A stretch of DNA of 63,699 nucleotides, the filler included, from Olpidium bornovanus S191 (Eukaryota > Fungi > Olpidiomycota): the NCBI GenBank assembly GCA_017911155.1. It is 27 parts of 27 records of this genome, joined end to end, with 100 filler letters (N's around TTAATTAATTAA, not from the genome) between each part and the next. Parts side by side here need not be neighbours in the genome. Positions count along the whole stretch, not along the records: positions 11,933 to 14,518 come from JAEFCI010004347.1; positions 14,619 to 17,489 come from JAEFCI010002610.1; positions 17,590 to 19,022 come from JAEFCI010008052.1; positions 19,123 to 20,700 come from JAEFCI010010147.1; positions 20,801 to 22,255 come from JAEFCI010012187.1; positions 22,356 to 24,276 come from JAEFCI010012311.1; 21 more parts are not named here. The stretch is one strand, 5' to 3'. Shown here piece after piece: positions 11,933-22,744 of the stretch; position 1 is the stretch's first letter; each line of letters starts with the position of its first letter. Below the pieces are notes generated by a model, which saw nothing but the letters and a program-made list of their open reading frames with translations, made no database searches and was not told where the DNA came from. The position numbers and the translations under genes are program-made.

Positions 11933-13715
11933 CATGACCTTCAATTGTCCAATTGATCCGCTCCGCTACTCCGTTCTGCTGGGGGGTTTCTCTCTGACAA
12001 TAGTTTTGCATCTAATGCGCCGCATCTGTAGCCCCTTGGCGTAGCTTTTGCCGAGGAATTTTTCTCCGTGGTCCAATCTGTGCGTTTTTACGCTCGCTCG
12101 GAGGTGTTTCTCGATGAACAGTAAGCAGCCATCCAGGGCTGCCTCGTTTACCTCACTTTCCTTGCTTGGGAAGCAGTATGATCGCGCGTACCTGTGCGCT
12201 CTCTTGACGTAATTTCAGCGGGGACTGTTCTGCTGAGAGGACTCGTAATTTTTCCACCCGAATGTGCGTTAGATTTATGCTTCGGAATGTGAACACAGCA
12301 TGTTGGACATGGGGCGTGCGTGCCTTGTCTGTTTCTTCTAATTGGCATGGCTCTCTCTGCTGATGACTGTAGTCGTGCTTGGGTTATGGTTACTTCCACT
12401 TGGCATGAAGTGTGCAAACATTCTTCTGACTGATGTGCCCAACATAGGCCATGCCATGTGTCGTAATTGCTCAGAGGTCCAACGGCGCATGCGTATTGGG
12501 TTATTATCTTACGGCGTGGCACTGGTTCTCCATCCATGTAGAAGAATCGATCCTCATTGTTCCTGGTAGCGGCGGCCATCATAATAAATGCCTTCCCATC
12601 AAGAGAACGTCAAGTCCACTGAAGGTTGCGACCGGGATAGAAAACAGAGGATCCTGTGTTGGTAGTCGGCACCGCTCCAAAGGTCACGGCGTTAACCACC
12701 GGGTACACAAACGAGGGCGGCTATTGTGAAGTGTAGATGGGCCATACATTTTAAAATCACTTCGCACACTTCCAAATAACCCCAGTACAAAAGCCCTCAC
12801 CGAGCTGAATGTAAACAAACTAGCTTCGCCTCCCCGCCGCGCGCAACCAAGAATACTAAGGACAGAAAACAACATCCGGAACGTGGGAACGTGCGTGGCA
12901 CCCTGTAAGATTGAGAGATTTTCTGTATCCGTCATGACTTCCACGGTTCCTTCACACTTGACCAATTTGTCCTTTGCGACGCGGTCCAGACGCAAGTGGT
13001 CTTGCGTTTGTGCGTTTGGTTTATTTGGGGGGTTTTTTCTGGTAGGAAGGCGGAAAGTGGAAGCGTGGGGCGTTGAGTGCGCGATGTCGCAACTATCAAC
13101 TATCTGTGACAAGTGGTCGATGGGCGAGTCGCTGTGATCCAGGTTACATCGGGGATCATATTGGGGGCCGCGCCGCTGTCCAGGGTGGTTGCGTTATCGT
13201 GGCATCGGCCGCAGTTCGACTGGGCAGCGCCGTCGTCGTCAATCATTTCTTGCTGTGCCGGCGATGCGCAGCGCATGTTCGTTGGTTGCCCCTCGCCCCT
13301 TCTTTTTGTGCTCAGCATTTTTGGTTTGCTTTTTCGGGAGAAAATAGTTTTGCGCCATTTGGCCACTCTTGTCCCAGTTGAAGAACGGTTTTTCGGGAGG
13401 TTTAGCGTTCTTCCCTTTATTTTTGGGATTGGTGGGGCCATTTGCGTTATACACTAGGTCGACCTTTCACGTTTACCCCACGTTCGCTCGCAAAGTTCAA
13501 CCGGTGTCGCGGACGAAGTCGCTTTTGTGTTTTCATTTTCTCTGGCTTCCTACGGCGGCTCCATTCGGCCGCAAGCGCGTCCTTTAATATGCCAGGTCCG
13601 CCGCGGCCCGCACGAGAGGGTACACCCAGAGTACCTTCTCGTACATGAACCAACAGTTCAACGATCTCGGTGGTAGTTAAGCGCCTCCGAAGGGTAAACT
13701 CTTCATTTTCCAAAC
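11933..13715 (-). mobile_element. Heavily degenerate Ty1/copia gag-pol remnant (Zn knuckle, protease, pre-integrase, integrase core)
   Basis: In copia order on the minus strand: eroded knuckle FFNWDKSGQMAQNY (about 13380-13330); protease TLDSGAAPNMIPDVTW (about 13190-13140); LVKCEGTVEV...LQGATHVPTFRMLFSV; HHCC remnant TWHGLCWAHQSEECL...CPTC; integrase core HRLDHGEKFL...QNGVAERINWTI (about 12100-11935). Multiple stops and frameshifts. Confidence 0.8.
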
Positions 13716-14448
13716 CCTGATTTTGCTTTTTACAGCGGCGCCGCCATGCTTAAATCCTCCGCTGCGCCTTGGCAATTGACTGCGGGGTCTCCCATTTCGC
13801 GACGTCAAGAAAATAGGTGCAACTCGGCAACGTCCTCGGTCGACCAGCTCCGGGAAGCTTTCCCCTGGTCCTTGTCGCTGGCATGGCCCCGCACAAAACG
13901 ACGGTTTGAAGTCGCAGGATGCTTCCCCAACACGCTCAAGGCGAAAGCACTTCTTGTAGGCTGCAGACAATCCCCTTCCGGGCAGCACGTCGGCAGAATC
14001 GCGGAACAGGGACCAGCAGCCGGACTGCCGCTCTTCTTTCAACGGCCGCGAGCAGGCGCTGCGCTTTGCCTGGGCGACCACTGAGAAGCCGACTGAAGGG
14101 GCCTCGGCGCCGGCCGCCGCTCTTTGTTTTCACAGGCGCCAGGCGAACGCCCAGCGACCCGGACGACTTCTTCCCAGCCGTTCGCGCTCAACTCCGGCGG
14201 CAAGCTTTACCTCAGTTCCGGGACTTCCCGATCCGGCCATTTTTGCGGAGCGAGGCGGCCTGGGCCTGGTGACTCGTCGCGGTTCGCAGGCGACAGCGGC
14301 GGAGCCGAGCGGGAACCGATGTCCTTGCAGGCGGCTTGAGAACGCACCTTCTGTTCGACGACGCCCGGCAAACGCAGTTAACGCCTACCCCGGGGGCGTC
14401 GCGGCTTTTGCTCGTTTGCGTGCGCCTTGCCCGCCGAAGCTTGTCTTT

Positions 14449-14479
<31 letters not shown>

Positions 14480-14618
14480 GGGGAAAAAAAAAAAAAACCC
14501 CCCCCCCCCCCCCCCCCCNNNNNNNNNNNNNNNNNNNNNNNNNNNNNNNNNNNNNNNNNNNNTTAATTAATTAANNNNNNNNNNNNNNNNNNNNNNNNNN
14601 NNNNNNNNNNNNNNNNNN

Positions 14619-16261
14619 ACATGGGAAATGCCGGTCGACGCAGCACCACCAGAGGGACGGCGGGAAATCGGGGACGACGAGCGATCCTCCTCCGAATCGG
14701 AAGATGACAATTTGGACGAGCTTTCGATCGACAAGGAGGACGATCGTCGGCGGCGGCGGCGGCGGTTCGGCGAAGAACGACGACGAGACCGAACGGGAGG
14801 CGAACGAGACGGAATATGCGCGGTCGCGGTCGACGGGCGAACGGTTGTCGGGGGGTCCGCGAGTCGAGCAGCCGTGCGGTCAAGGCTCGCCTGGAAAAGC
14901 GACAGGGAGCGGCTCGGCGCACGGTACGAGGCAGCCATCTCGATGAGGCGCTCGTCGAGCGAGGCGCAGGTAACGCTCAACTCCTGCAACGAAATTGACT
15001 GGTCGTCGACGATGGCGGGAAGGGCGGCGTCAACGTCAGTTAAAATCGCAGCCGGGGTAGCAGCACCGACACGGGCAACGATTGAAGCGCGCCACTCAGC
15101 GAGGCCAGCCAGCTTCTGCTGTCGAAGGAGAGCATCAACGGCAGGGGCAGTAGCCGGGTTGTGGCGGCTCGCCTCGAGTCCGACACGGGCGGACGAAGCG
15201 GCGGGCGCAGCGGCGGGCGTGGCGGCGGGCGTGGCATCGGGCGCAGCCTGTTTGGGTATGAACAGGGGAACGCGAAGCGGCGGTAGGTCCATCCGGGCGT
15301 CGAGGGACGGCGACGGCGGGATGGGGACGGCGGCGGGGTCGCGAACAAACAGCACAGTTCGACGGGTTTGACGGCGCGATGGCCGTCGGCAGGGGAGCGG
15401 TGCGTGTCGCCGTGACGTGGGACGACAGCGGCAGCGGCGTCTCGCCTTTACGGCGTCGACGACGCGGCGAGGGCATCGTCAGCGGCTGTTCACGTCGACG
15501 GCAAAAGCAATGGAGCAAACAAAGACGAAGCGCGGTGAGCAAAAACAAGCTCAAAAACAAACGCGACGGCGGGAGCTGGACGGCTACAAGTCGGCGCGAC
15601 AGGCGGGCACCGTGGCGCGGTGACGGCGTGGCAGAGCGGCGCGGCGGGGGCGGTGCGGCGGGGGCGGTGCGGCGGGGGCCGAACAGCAAAAAGCGACAGG
15701 ATAGCGGCGTTTCGAAGACGACGCAAAACGGTCGTCGTTTCGACGACGAAAACAAACGAACGCAAGCGCGAAAACGAGTGCTGCGGCAAAACGATGGCGG
15801 AGCAACGCAGAAAAAGTGCTGCCAAAAACAGCCAAATGCAGCGGCGCAGAAAGCACAGGCGCGCGGCGTCGAACGTGAGGAACGACGACGCGGTTCTCGT
15901 TGGTCGAAAAGAGGAGCGGTTGAAGGGGGGTTTGAGAGCGTTGGGAGAGCGGTCGAAGGGGTGTTCGAGAGCGTTGGGAGAGCGGTTGAAGGGAGTTCTT
16001 CCTCGGATCGCGCGGCGGAAGGCGGCGCGGCGGGAGCCGAGCGCGGGCGCGGCGGGGGCGGAGCACGGGCGCGGCGGGGGCGGAGCGCGGGCGCGGCAGG
16101 GGCAGAGCGAAAGAGCTGGTTGAAGGATGGTTCTTCCTCGGATTCCCCACTTTGTAGTGGGATGGACCATACGTCGAAGTCTATTCAGATGTGCCCGAAG
16201 GGCCGGCTGGCTATATACGTACAGGTCACGTGCCAGTCGATGTCGAGGGGCGAACACTACA
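14619..16261 (-). mobile_element. 5' part of a putative LTR retroelement (short LTR, PBS-like site, repeat-rich leader, gag-like ORF)
   Basis: A 109-bp LTR-like unit at 16261-16153 is followed by AAG and the PBS-like TGGGGAATCCGAGG (16149-16136). The GC-rich leader has 33-bp (15914-15993) and about 21-bp repeats. An ORF runs from 15355 to the contig end (Pro/Ala-rich, helical, then Arg/Ser-rich). The gag identity rests on position only. Confidence 0.55.
16153..16261 (-). repeat. 109-bp LTR-like unit with 7-bp terminal inverted repeats
   Basis: Starts TGTAGTG (16153) and ends CACTACA (16261), a perfect inverted pair with TG...CA termini. Contains an internal TATATA. Confidence 0.65.
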
Positions 16262-17489
16262 GTGGCGTGCTGCAATGATTTCAGAGCTTACGAGTCTCAA
16301 GCGTCATGGGACCTACATGGTCGTGCCTCGCCCGTCTAGCGCACGCGTGTGCAGCGCACAATGGAATTTTAAGACCAAGCTCCATCCAGACGGGACAATA
16401 GACAAGCACAAAGCAAGATTTGTAGCTCGCGAATATACACAAGCTGAGGAGATAGATTTTCATGAGACTTATGCACCTGTTGTCGCTCATTCAGCGCTTC
16501 GCCTTTTTATCGCATTAGCAACGACATACCATTGGCATCTCCATGGACATGATGTCATCACCGCATATCTCCAGGCTCCACTCAAGCACGAAGTCTTTAT
16601 TGAACAACCTGAGACTCCAGACAGCCACCTATTGTCCGCTAATTCCTCAAGTGTTTGGCGTCTCAACAAAGCCTTGTACGGCTTGCGACAACTGGCACAT
16701 GAGTGGAACGCGGAACTTGACAAAGAACTGAAGAACATGGGTTTTGTTCCAGTTTCGCATGAGCCCTGCCTGTATGTACACAGAGGCGCAAATTGGCCCA
16801 ATGCTTTGATGGCAGTTTATGTGGATGACATCATCTTGGCTGGACCGGATATCACGGAACTGACATGGTTGGAGAGGGCTCTTGCAGACAATTTTGAGAT
16901 GAGTGGCGGTGGCCATTAACACATATATTGGGCATGCGTGTTTCTGCCAAAGGAACTGATCGTTACCTTGATCAAGACCAATATATACTTCGCCTCCTCA
17001 AAAGGATGCATTACACAAATTGCCATCCGGTTGGATCTCCGCTCGACACAGACGCTGTCCGTCACCTCCACCGGCGAGTCGACACCTCCCTTTCTGAACA
17101 AAAGCGTTATCGTGAATTCGTCGGAAGCCTACTTTATCTCGCGACATGCACGCGTCCTGATCTCGCTACAGCCGTCAGTTTCTTGTCGAGATTCATGGCA
17201 AACCCTGCCGAGGAGCACTGGGGTGCTCTAAAGCGCGTTTTACGATCCTTGAAAGGCACATCAGGTCTTCGACTCAAGTTCTCTTTGCATCGATCACCGA
17301 CACCAAACAAACCTGTTTTAGTTGGTTATGCCGACAGTGACTATGCTAACGACCCGGTAGATCGACACTCCATAACCGGCTACGTCATTAAGTTCGCCGG
17401 CTCATCCATCGCATGGAAATTGACCAAGCAACATTGTGTTACGCTATCCTCTACTGAAGCCGAGTTAGTCGCCGCTTCAGCGGCTGCTC
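16262..17489 (+). mobile_element. Ty1/copia reverse transcriptase and RNase H fragment with one frameshift
   Basis: QWRAAMISELTSLKRHGTY...HKARFVA...DFHETYAPV...DVITAYLQAPL...RLNKALYGLRQ...VYVDDII. A 1-nt deletion near 16913 breaks GPLTHILGM. It continues YREFVGSLLYLATCTRPDL...VLVGYADSDYAND...SITGYV...LSSTEAELVAA. Confidence 0.96.
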
Positions 17490-17957
17490 NNNNNNNNNNN
17501 NNNNNNNNNNNNNNNNNNNNNNNNNNNNNNNNNTTAATTAATTAANNNNNNNNNNNNNNNNNNNNNNNNNNNNNNNNNNNNNNNNNNNNCATGACGGGCG
17601 GGCGCTTGGCAGTAGAATGTCAACGTGTCCTGCCTGATTTTTCTTTTTTTTTTTGTTTTTTTTTCTGTTTTGGCCAAGGGACGCAATGGCCTCTTCCGGT
17701 GGCAAAAAGTGTTTTGTCAGCCTTTCCTGACCAGAAGACCCTCTTCCTGCACTCTCTTCAGCGCGAAGAAGGCCGGAGCGAGGTTCGTCACGCGGAAGAG
17801 CTTCTTCCTCTTGCCCCCGGCGGGGGGGGGGGGGGGCCATCTGTCTTGCGTGAGGCGCGAGACAAAAAAAAAAACACGGCGTTTCCTTTCCATCATGATC
17901 ATGAGTTTTTGCGGCAAAAGCGTCAAAAGCGGCAGGCCGGACACCCAGACGAACGCG

Positions 17958-17999
<42 letters not shown>

Positions 18000-19162
18000 A
18001 AAAAGAATTCGGCGGCGGGGTCCATCCGCGGAGGCGAATTCCCTGCCCGGGAAAAAAGGCGCCGAGGGCCCATCGAGAAAAACCGCGAAACGCCTCAAAA
18101 AAAGCCGCTCTTCATAGGTCTCCCTCTAGCCTCGCGGGGGCAATCGCCCCCCAACCCGCCTTACCCATCTCCTCGCGGGGACTCGCGACCTCGCAATTCC
18201 CTCCCGGCCCTTTTCTTGCTTCGGCGCTCGCGATTTTCGCCGGAGTTCGGCTTGGAGTTCGAGTTCGTGTGGCGGCTTCGGGCCGCAGATTGTGTCCCTT
18301 TCTCCTCACCGCCGCGTCGGGTTGCCAAGCCCGCTCGGCCGGCCGAGACCCGTTCGTCGTGCCGACTGTCGCCAACGCGTCGAACCGTCCCGATCATTTC
18401 CTGATGCTTTTGCTCGGGCGGCTGATCCTTCGTCCACCTTCCGTTCTCTTTCAAGGAGGAGGAGGAAAACCGCCCGGCGCCGCCCGTGCCCAGATCCCGG
18501 TGCCCTCTGGACCTCTCCTCTCCGCCCCGTCCCCGGTCGGAGGCCCCCCGCCCCCACGCTCGCGGACTGTCCGGGAACACGACCCCGAACATCATTTACC
18601 GCCGTCGAACCACACACACCTCCCGACCTCGCCGTTCGCGCTGGCCGCGGTGTGCGGGACGTAAGAGCGCCCGCCCCCCGAACGAACCCCCACTCCACCA
18701 CGCGGGCAGGGCGGGGCAGAAAAAAAACGCCCGGAAAAAAAGAAAACCGCGGAAAGGAAAAAAAGGCAAAACGTCCGAAACAGCGTCCGGAAAAGCGTCC
18801 GCGGAAATAACGTCCTAAAGAACATCCGAAAGTAGGCACCAAAAGAAAAAAAAGGTCCGCTGACGCAGCAGTCACGCCCCGTTGGCCGCCAGGCGCGTTC
18901 TCCATGCGTCACGCGGGAGTAAGTGACTCGGCCAGATAGCATAGCCGACTCGAGCAGCTGTGCCGGCGCCGGCCCCCAGAGTAGCCCGCAATGCCAGATG
19001 CGCAGCCCGTACACTTTATAAANNNNNNNNNNNNNNNNNNNNNNNNNNNNNNNNNNNNNNNNNNNNTTAATTAATTAANNNNNNNNNNNNNNNNNNNNNN
19101 NNNNNNNNNNNNNNNNNNNNNNCATGCGAAAAGAGGATCGCAAGTAGTCCATCTGTACCTAC

Positions 19163-20255
19163 CGGAGCCCTCGAGGTTCTCGCGAGGCTTCTTCTGTTGA
19201 GCAGCGCGTTCAAAAGCGAGGATTTCTGAAAGGAGTTAAAGAAATCACGAGACCGTTATGCAATTAAGTCGCTTGGTGCGCCGCGAGGAATAAGACGTGC
19301 TTTTTAGAAAATTGGACCACCGCTCACTTACACCGGCGTTACTTCGACCTAAAAACGCAACGGTTGGTAGGCGACCCACCGTTCCCGGCGGGATTTTCAG
19401 TGACATGCCGTCTGCGGTGGAAGTGACGTAATCGCAAATCTGGCTGGTGAAGAAATCGTCGGCGAGACGCACGCCCGCCGGCTTCAGCTTCGGCAACCGT
19501 GGCAAAACGGCGAGGTGAACGGAGACGCGGTGTAGATCCTTCTTCGGCTGGGGTTTCGAGACAGGCGGTGCACGCGGCGGCAGAGACGCGGAGCCGTCCT
19601 TGAGGGCCCGAATGAGGTCCAGCCTGCGGTCCTCGTCGGGATGTTGGAGCGCCAAACTGCGAATTTTCTCAAACAGGGCGGCGAAGCGCGCCAACTCCGC
19701 CTTGTCGAGGCGGTCGTCCGGTTGATGCACGAGAGCAAGGGCGGCCGCATCCATTTTCTTGCGGAGGTTATCGAGCTTCCTCTGGACGGCCACGGTGCGC
19801 GCCTGCGGGAGCTTCCCTTCGAACTCGGCGAACAGAGCGCCCACGTTGTTCATCGCGAGCGAACGCAGACTGCCGCCGAGTTTCCTCCCGTTATGCGCTG
19901 CCAGGTCCAGCCCCAAAAGCCCAAGCTCTCGACGTTCGCTTTCCGGGTGCGCTGGGTCGCGTCCGGTAACAGCCCACCCGTCCGCACAGGCATCCGCCAC
20001 CCTCTCCTGGATGACCTCTCCTCCTGCCTTCGGGAACCCGGTCCCTTCATGGTCTCTCGGAAGCCGCGCGGCATGGGTCCGGACGAAACGCAAGGCGACG
20101 CCTGCTGCCGACGGCAACGCGGCAGGTTCCACGGCGTCCGTGACCGCGCACCGGCACCAGCCGCGCTTCGCCAACGCGGTGCACACGCCGGCGGCCAACA
20201 TAGCCGGGGGGGCGCAGGCCGGACCGCCCCGGCGTAGACATATGGCGGATCGCAT
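19163..20255 (-). CDS. EngB/YihA-family GTPase (GTPBP8/Mrx8-like, probably mitochondrial), 3' truncated
   Basis: Exon 1 ends PTVAFLGRSNAG at a GTAAGT donor. The next exon (about 19225-19163) encodes KSSLLNALLNRRSLARTSRAP, completing the EngB G1 signature GRSNxGKSSLLNAL...ARTSxxPG. The N-terminus is Arg/Ala-rich. Confidence 0.87.
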
Positions 20256-20432
20256 TTCCTTTTTTATTTGATTTTATTTGATTTTATTTGATTTTATTTG
20301 ATTTTTTTTACGGTAAACGGCACGGAAACGAACTCTGACGGAAAAAATTTCCGCTGGAAGGCGCCTTGAACTGGATACCCGGTGAGGAGCAACCACAGTC
20401 AAAGTCAGCCTCCATTTTAGCGGAAAACACGT

Positions 20433-20584
20433 TGACCATGGACACCGCTGACCATGGACACCGCTGACCATTGACACCGCTGACCATTGACACCGCTGAC
20501 CATGGACACCGCTGACCATGGACACCGCTGACCATGGACACCGTGACCACGGACACCGCTGACCATGAACACCCCTGACCATGG
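20433..20584 (+). repeat. 16-bp minisatellite, about 9.5 copies
   Basis: Consensus TGACCATGGACACCGC in direct tandem with no spacers, upstream of the EngB-type gene. A (TTTGATTTTA)n run lies at about 20266-20308. Confidence 0.95.
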
Positions 20585-20800
20585 CCGTTGGGGACGCCAG
20601 GCAAAATATTAAGGGGTTCCAACTAAAGTATCAGGGGCAACCCTGGCTGCTACCTCTGAGGGAGCGAGGCTCCTCGATGTGTAGCTAATATTATATTAAG
20701 NNNNNNNNNNNNNNNNNNNNNNNNNNNNNNNNNNNNNNNNNNNNTTAATTAATTAANNNNNNNNNNNNNNNNNNNNNNNNNNNNNNNNNNNNNNNNNNNN

Positions 20801-22047
20801 GAGGAAAAAACGATTATGCTGTACAGTTATGCTGAACAATGCGAAGTATACAACGGGGGAACTGCCCATGAGGGAGGCCTAGAATTTTTGTGCCGGTCGA
20901 AAAAAAGCGGGGGGGGAGAGGGGGGGGGGGGGGGGGGGGTGGGGGGGGGGGGGGGGGGAAGGGGGAAAAAGACGAGCGTTCTAGCGTCAGGCGATCCGTC
21001 CGCCCCGCCCCTTCGACAAGGAGTCGCATCGTTTCGTTCGCCCCCCTCCCTGGAAGAGTTGTTTACTTGCCATCCAGAACATCACTGTTGCGACTGTCAC
21101 GCGCAGATTTCGTGGGACAAACGCCGTTCCTTTCCTTCAGTACACGACGCCAGGGGCGGTTTGTAGAAACTTTTTTTTTTCTCTCGGGAAAACAACGGGG
21201 TCCTCACCAGCAGCGTCGCACGAAGAAAAGATCTTGTACAACGTACAATGGTATACTGCCGACGTGGTCGCGGTCACCACAGAGCAACACACGCAGAAGT
21301 GGGTGATGGGCGGCAACGACTCCGCCGGAAATATAAAATATATCAGTGCGGGCGACGCGAAGAAGACTGACGTGACCGTCGACCAAAACTCCGCTGCAGT
21401 TCCGCACGCAAAACAAAAGAAACAAGCCCAAAGGCGAAAACGCGGCACACGTCAGCTTGTTTCCCCAAAAATCGTCTGTTGGCGCTTTGAATCGTGGAAA
21501 GCGAAAGCGGTCTCTACCCCACCTCCTCCCCCCCACACCCCAGCGCACCTGCCCACCGGACCACGCCGTATTTCTTCTCCATGGTCGTAACGTCGGCGCG
21601 CTTCCAGATCAGCTCCCAGGTCTGGTCAAGCATCTCCAGCGTCTTGGGCTCCGGCAACGACAACGGTACTTCTCGATCCGCCGCAGGACATCCGCGGCGA
21701 GCACAAGACGGCTTTACGAAATCAACGACCTGGGTTGGCGAAGCAAGCACCTCATCGTTTAGAGAAGATGAAGTTCGGGGGACGACAGGCGTGTTTTCCA
21801 GCGACAGGCGTTTTAATCGAAGGCCCGCCATCGCGATAATCTGGGGAAACGGTGAGGTGGTGGGGGAAGCACGCACCAGCCCGGGATGCAATCCGGACGG
21901 CGGGACGGCCCCCTCCTTCTCGACGACGTTCGGACCGCCATAACCGAAAGAGGCAGGGCAGCCGCGAACGGCGGCTGCGACCAGGGCACGCGAGGGCGCC
22001 GGCGGACGGCGAGAGCGCAGTCTCCTCGTCATCGATGCGGGAGGCAA
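20801..22047 (-). CDS. Alkaline ceramidase-like CREST-superfamily membrane hydrolase, start uncertain, 3' truncated
   Basis: Phase-consistent exons ending at 21549, 21393-21208, 21093-21071 and starting at 20878 give ...DVTTMEKKYGVVRWA|AEFWSTVTSVFF...TATTSAVYHCTLYKIFSSCDAA|VATVMFWM|ASLMGSSPVVYFALFSIT. This matches the ACER/Ypc1 pattern CExxY...AEFWNT..SN, SxxxH and the downstream Asp. Confidence 0.75.
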
Positions 22048-22167
22048 CGCGTTATTTCCCCCGCGGCGGGGCAGGTCGCGGTGGAGGATGACGACAGTTT
22101 TTCAAAGCGAGGCAGGGAAAAGGAGGGTCTCGCCGGCGACGGCGGGCACGACGACGAGGCCCCGCCT

Positions 22168-22245
<78 letters not shown>

Positions 22246-22485
22246 CCGCCGCGCCNNNNNNNNNNNNNNNNNNNNNNNNNNNNNNNNNNNNNNNNNNNNT
22301 TAATTAATTAANNNNNNNNNNNNNNNNNNNNNNNNNNNNNNNNNNNNNNNNNNNNAGGGACGACAGCAGTCGCGTGGGGTCGGCCTTTCCGCTTTCCCCC
22401 CCCCCATCCCCGCGCCCTCTCTTCCCGCTACGCCAGACCTGACGGCAATTTTTCTTTTTTTTTTTTTTTTTTTTTGTTTTTTTTT

Positions 22486-22522
<37 letters not shown>

Positions 22523-22716
22523 CGGAGAGGCGAGGGGGGGCTACGCGAGGCTCTTCCCCCGGGGCCCGGAACGGGAGGGAAATCTTTTTTTTTTTTTTTT
22601 TTTCAGTTAATCGATAGTGCGCACACCGTGCGCAAAATAACTATTTTCCACGCCCCTACGCACCCCATGCAATCACAGCCAAATAATAAAAGCTGCCTTT
22701 TAACAACTTTCACAAC

Positions 22717-22744
22717 TAGGGTTAGGGTTAGGTTAGGGTTCGGG
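22717..22744 (+). repeat. Short interstitial telomere-type (TTAGGG) tract
   Basis: TAGGG TTAGGG TTAGG TTAGGG TTCGGG, with unique sequence on both sides. Confidence 0.8.

Noticed and set aside
17590-19022. Several long Lys/Arg/Pro-rich ORFs on this contig
   Set aside because: They are driven by homopolymers and GC richness, with no recognisable domain or consistent exon chain.
20433-20584. CRISPR-like array (also considered for 25538-25614 and 30123-30227)
   Set aside because: The units are too short or too few, mostly lack unique spacers, have no cas genes nearby, and sit in a eukaryotic context.
21040-21115. ArfGAP-like zinc motif LEELFTCHPEHHCCDCHAQ on the plus strand
   Set aside because: It lacks the second CxxC and the conserved Arg, and it is antisense to a phase-consistent exon of the ceramidase-like gene.
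22717-22744. Telomerase RNA template
   Set aside because: A template is usually about 1.5 repeats; this is about 4.5 degenerate repeats with no other TER feature I can identify.
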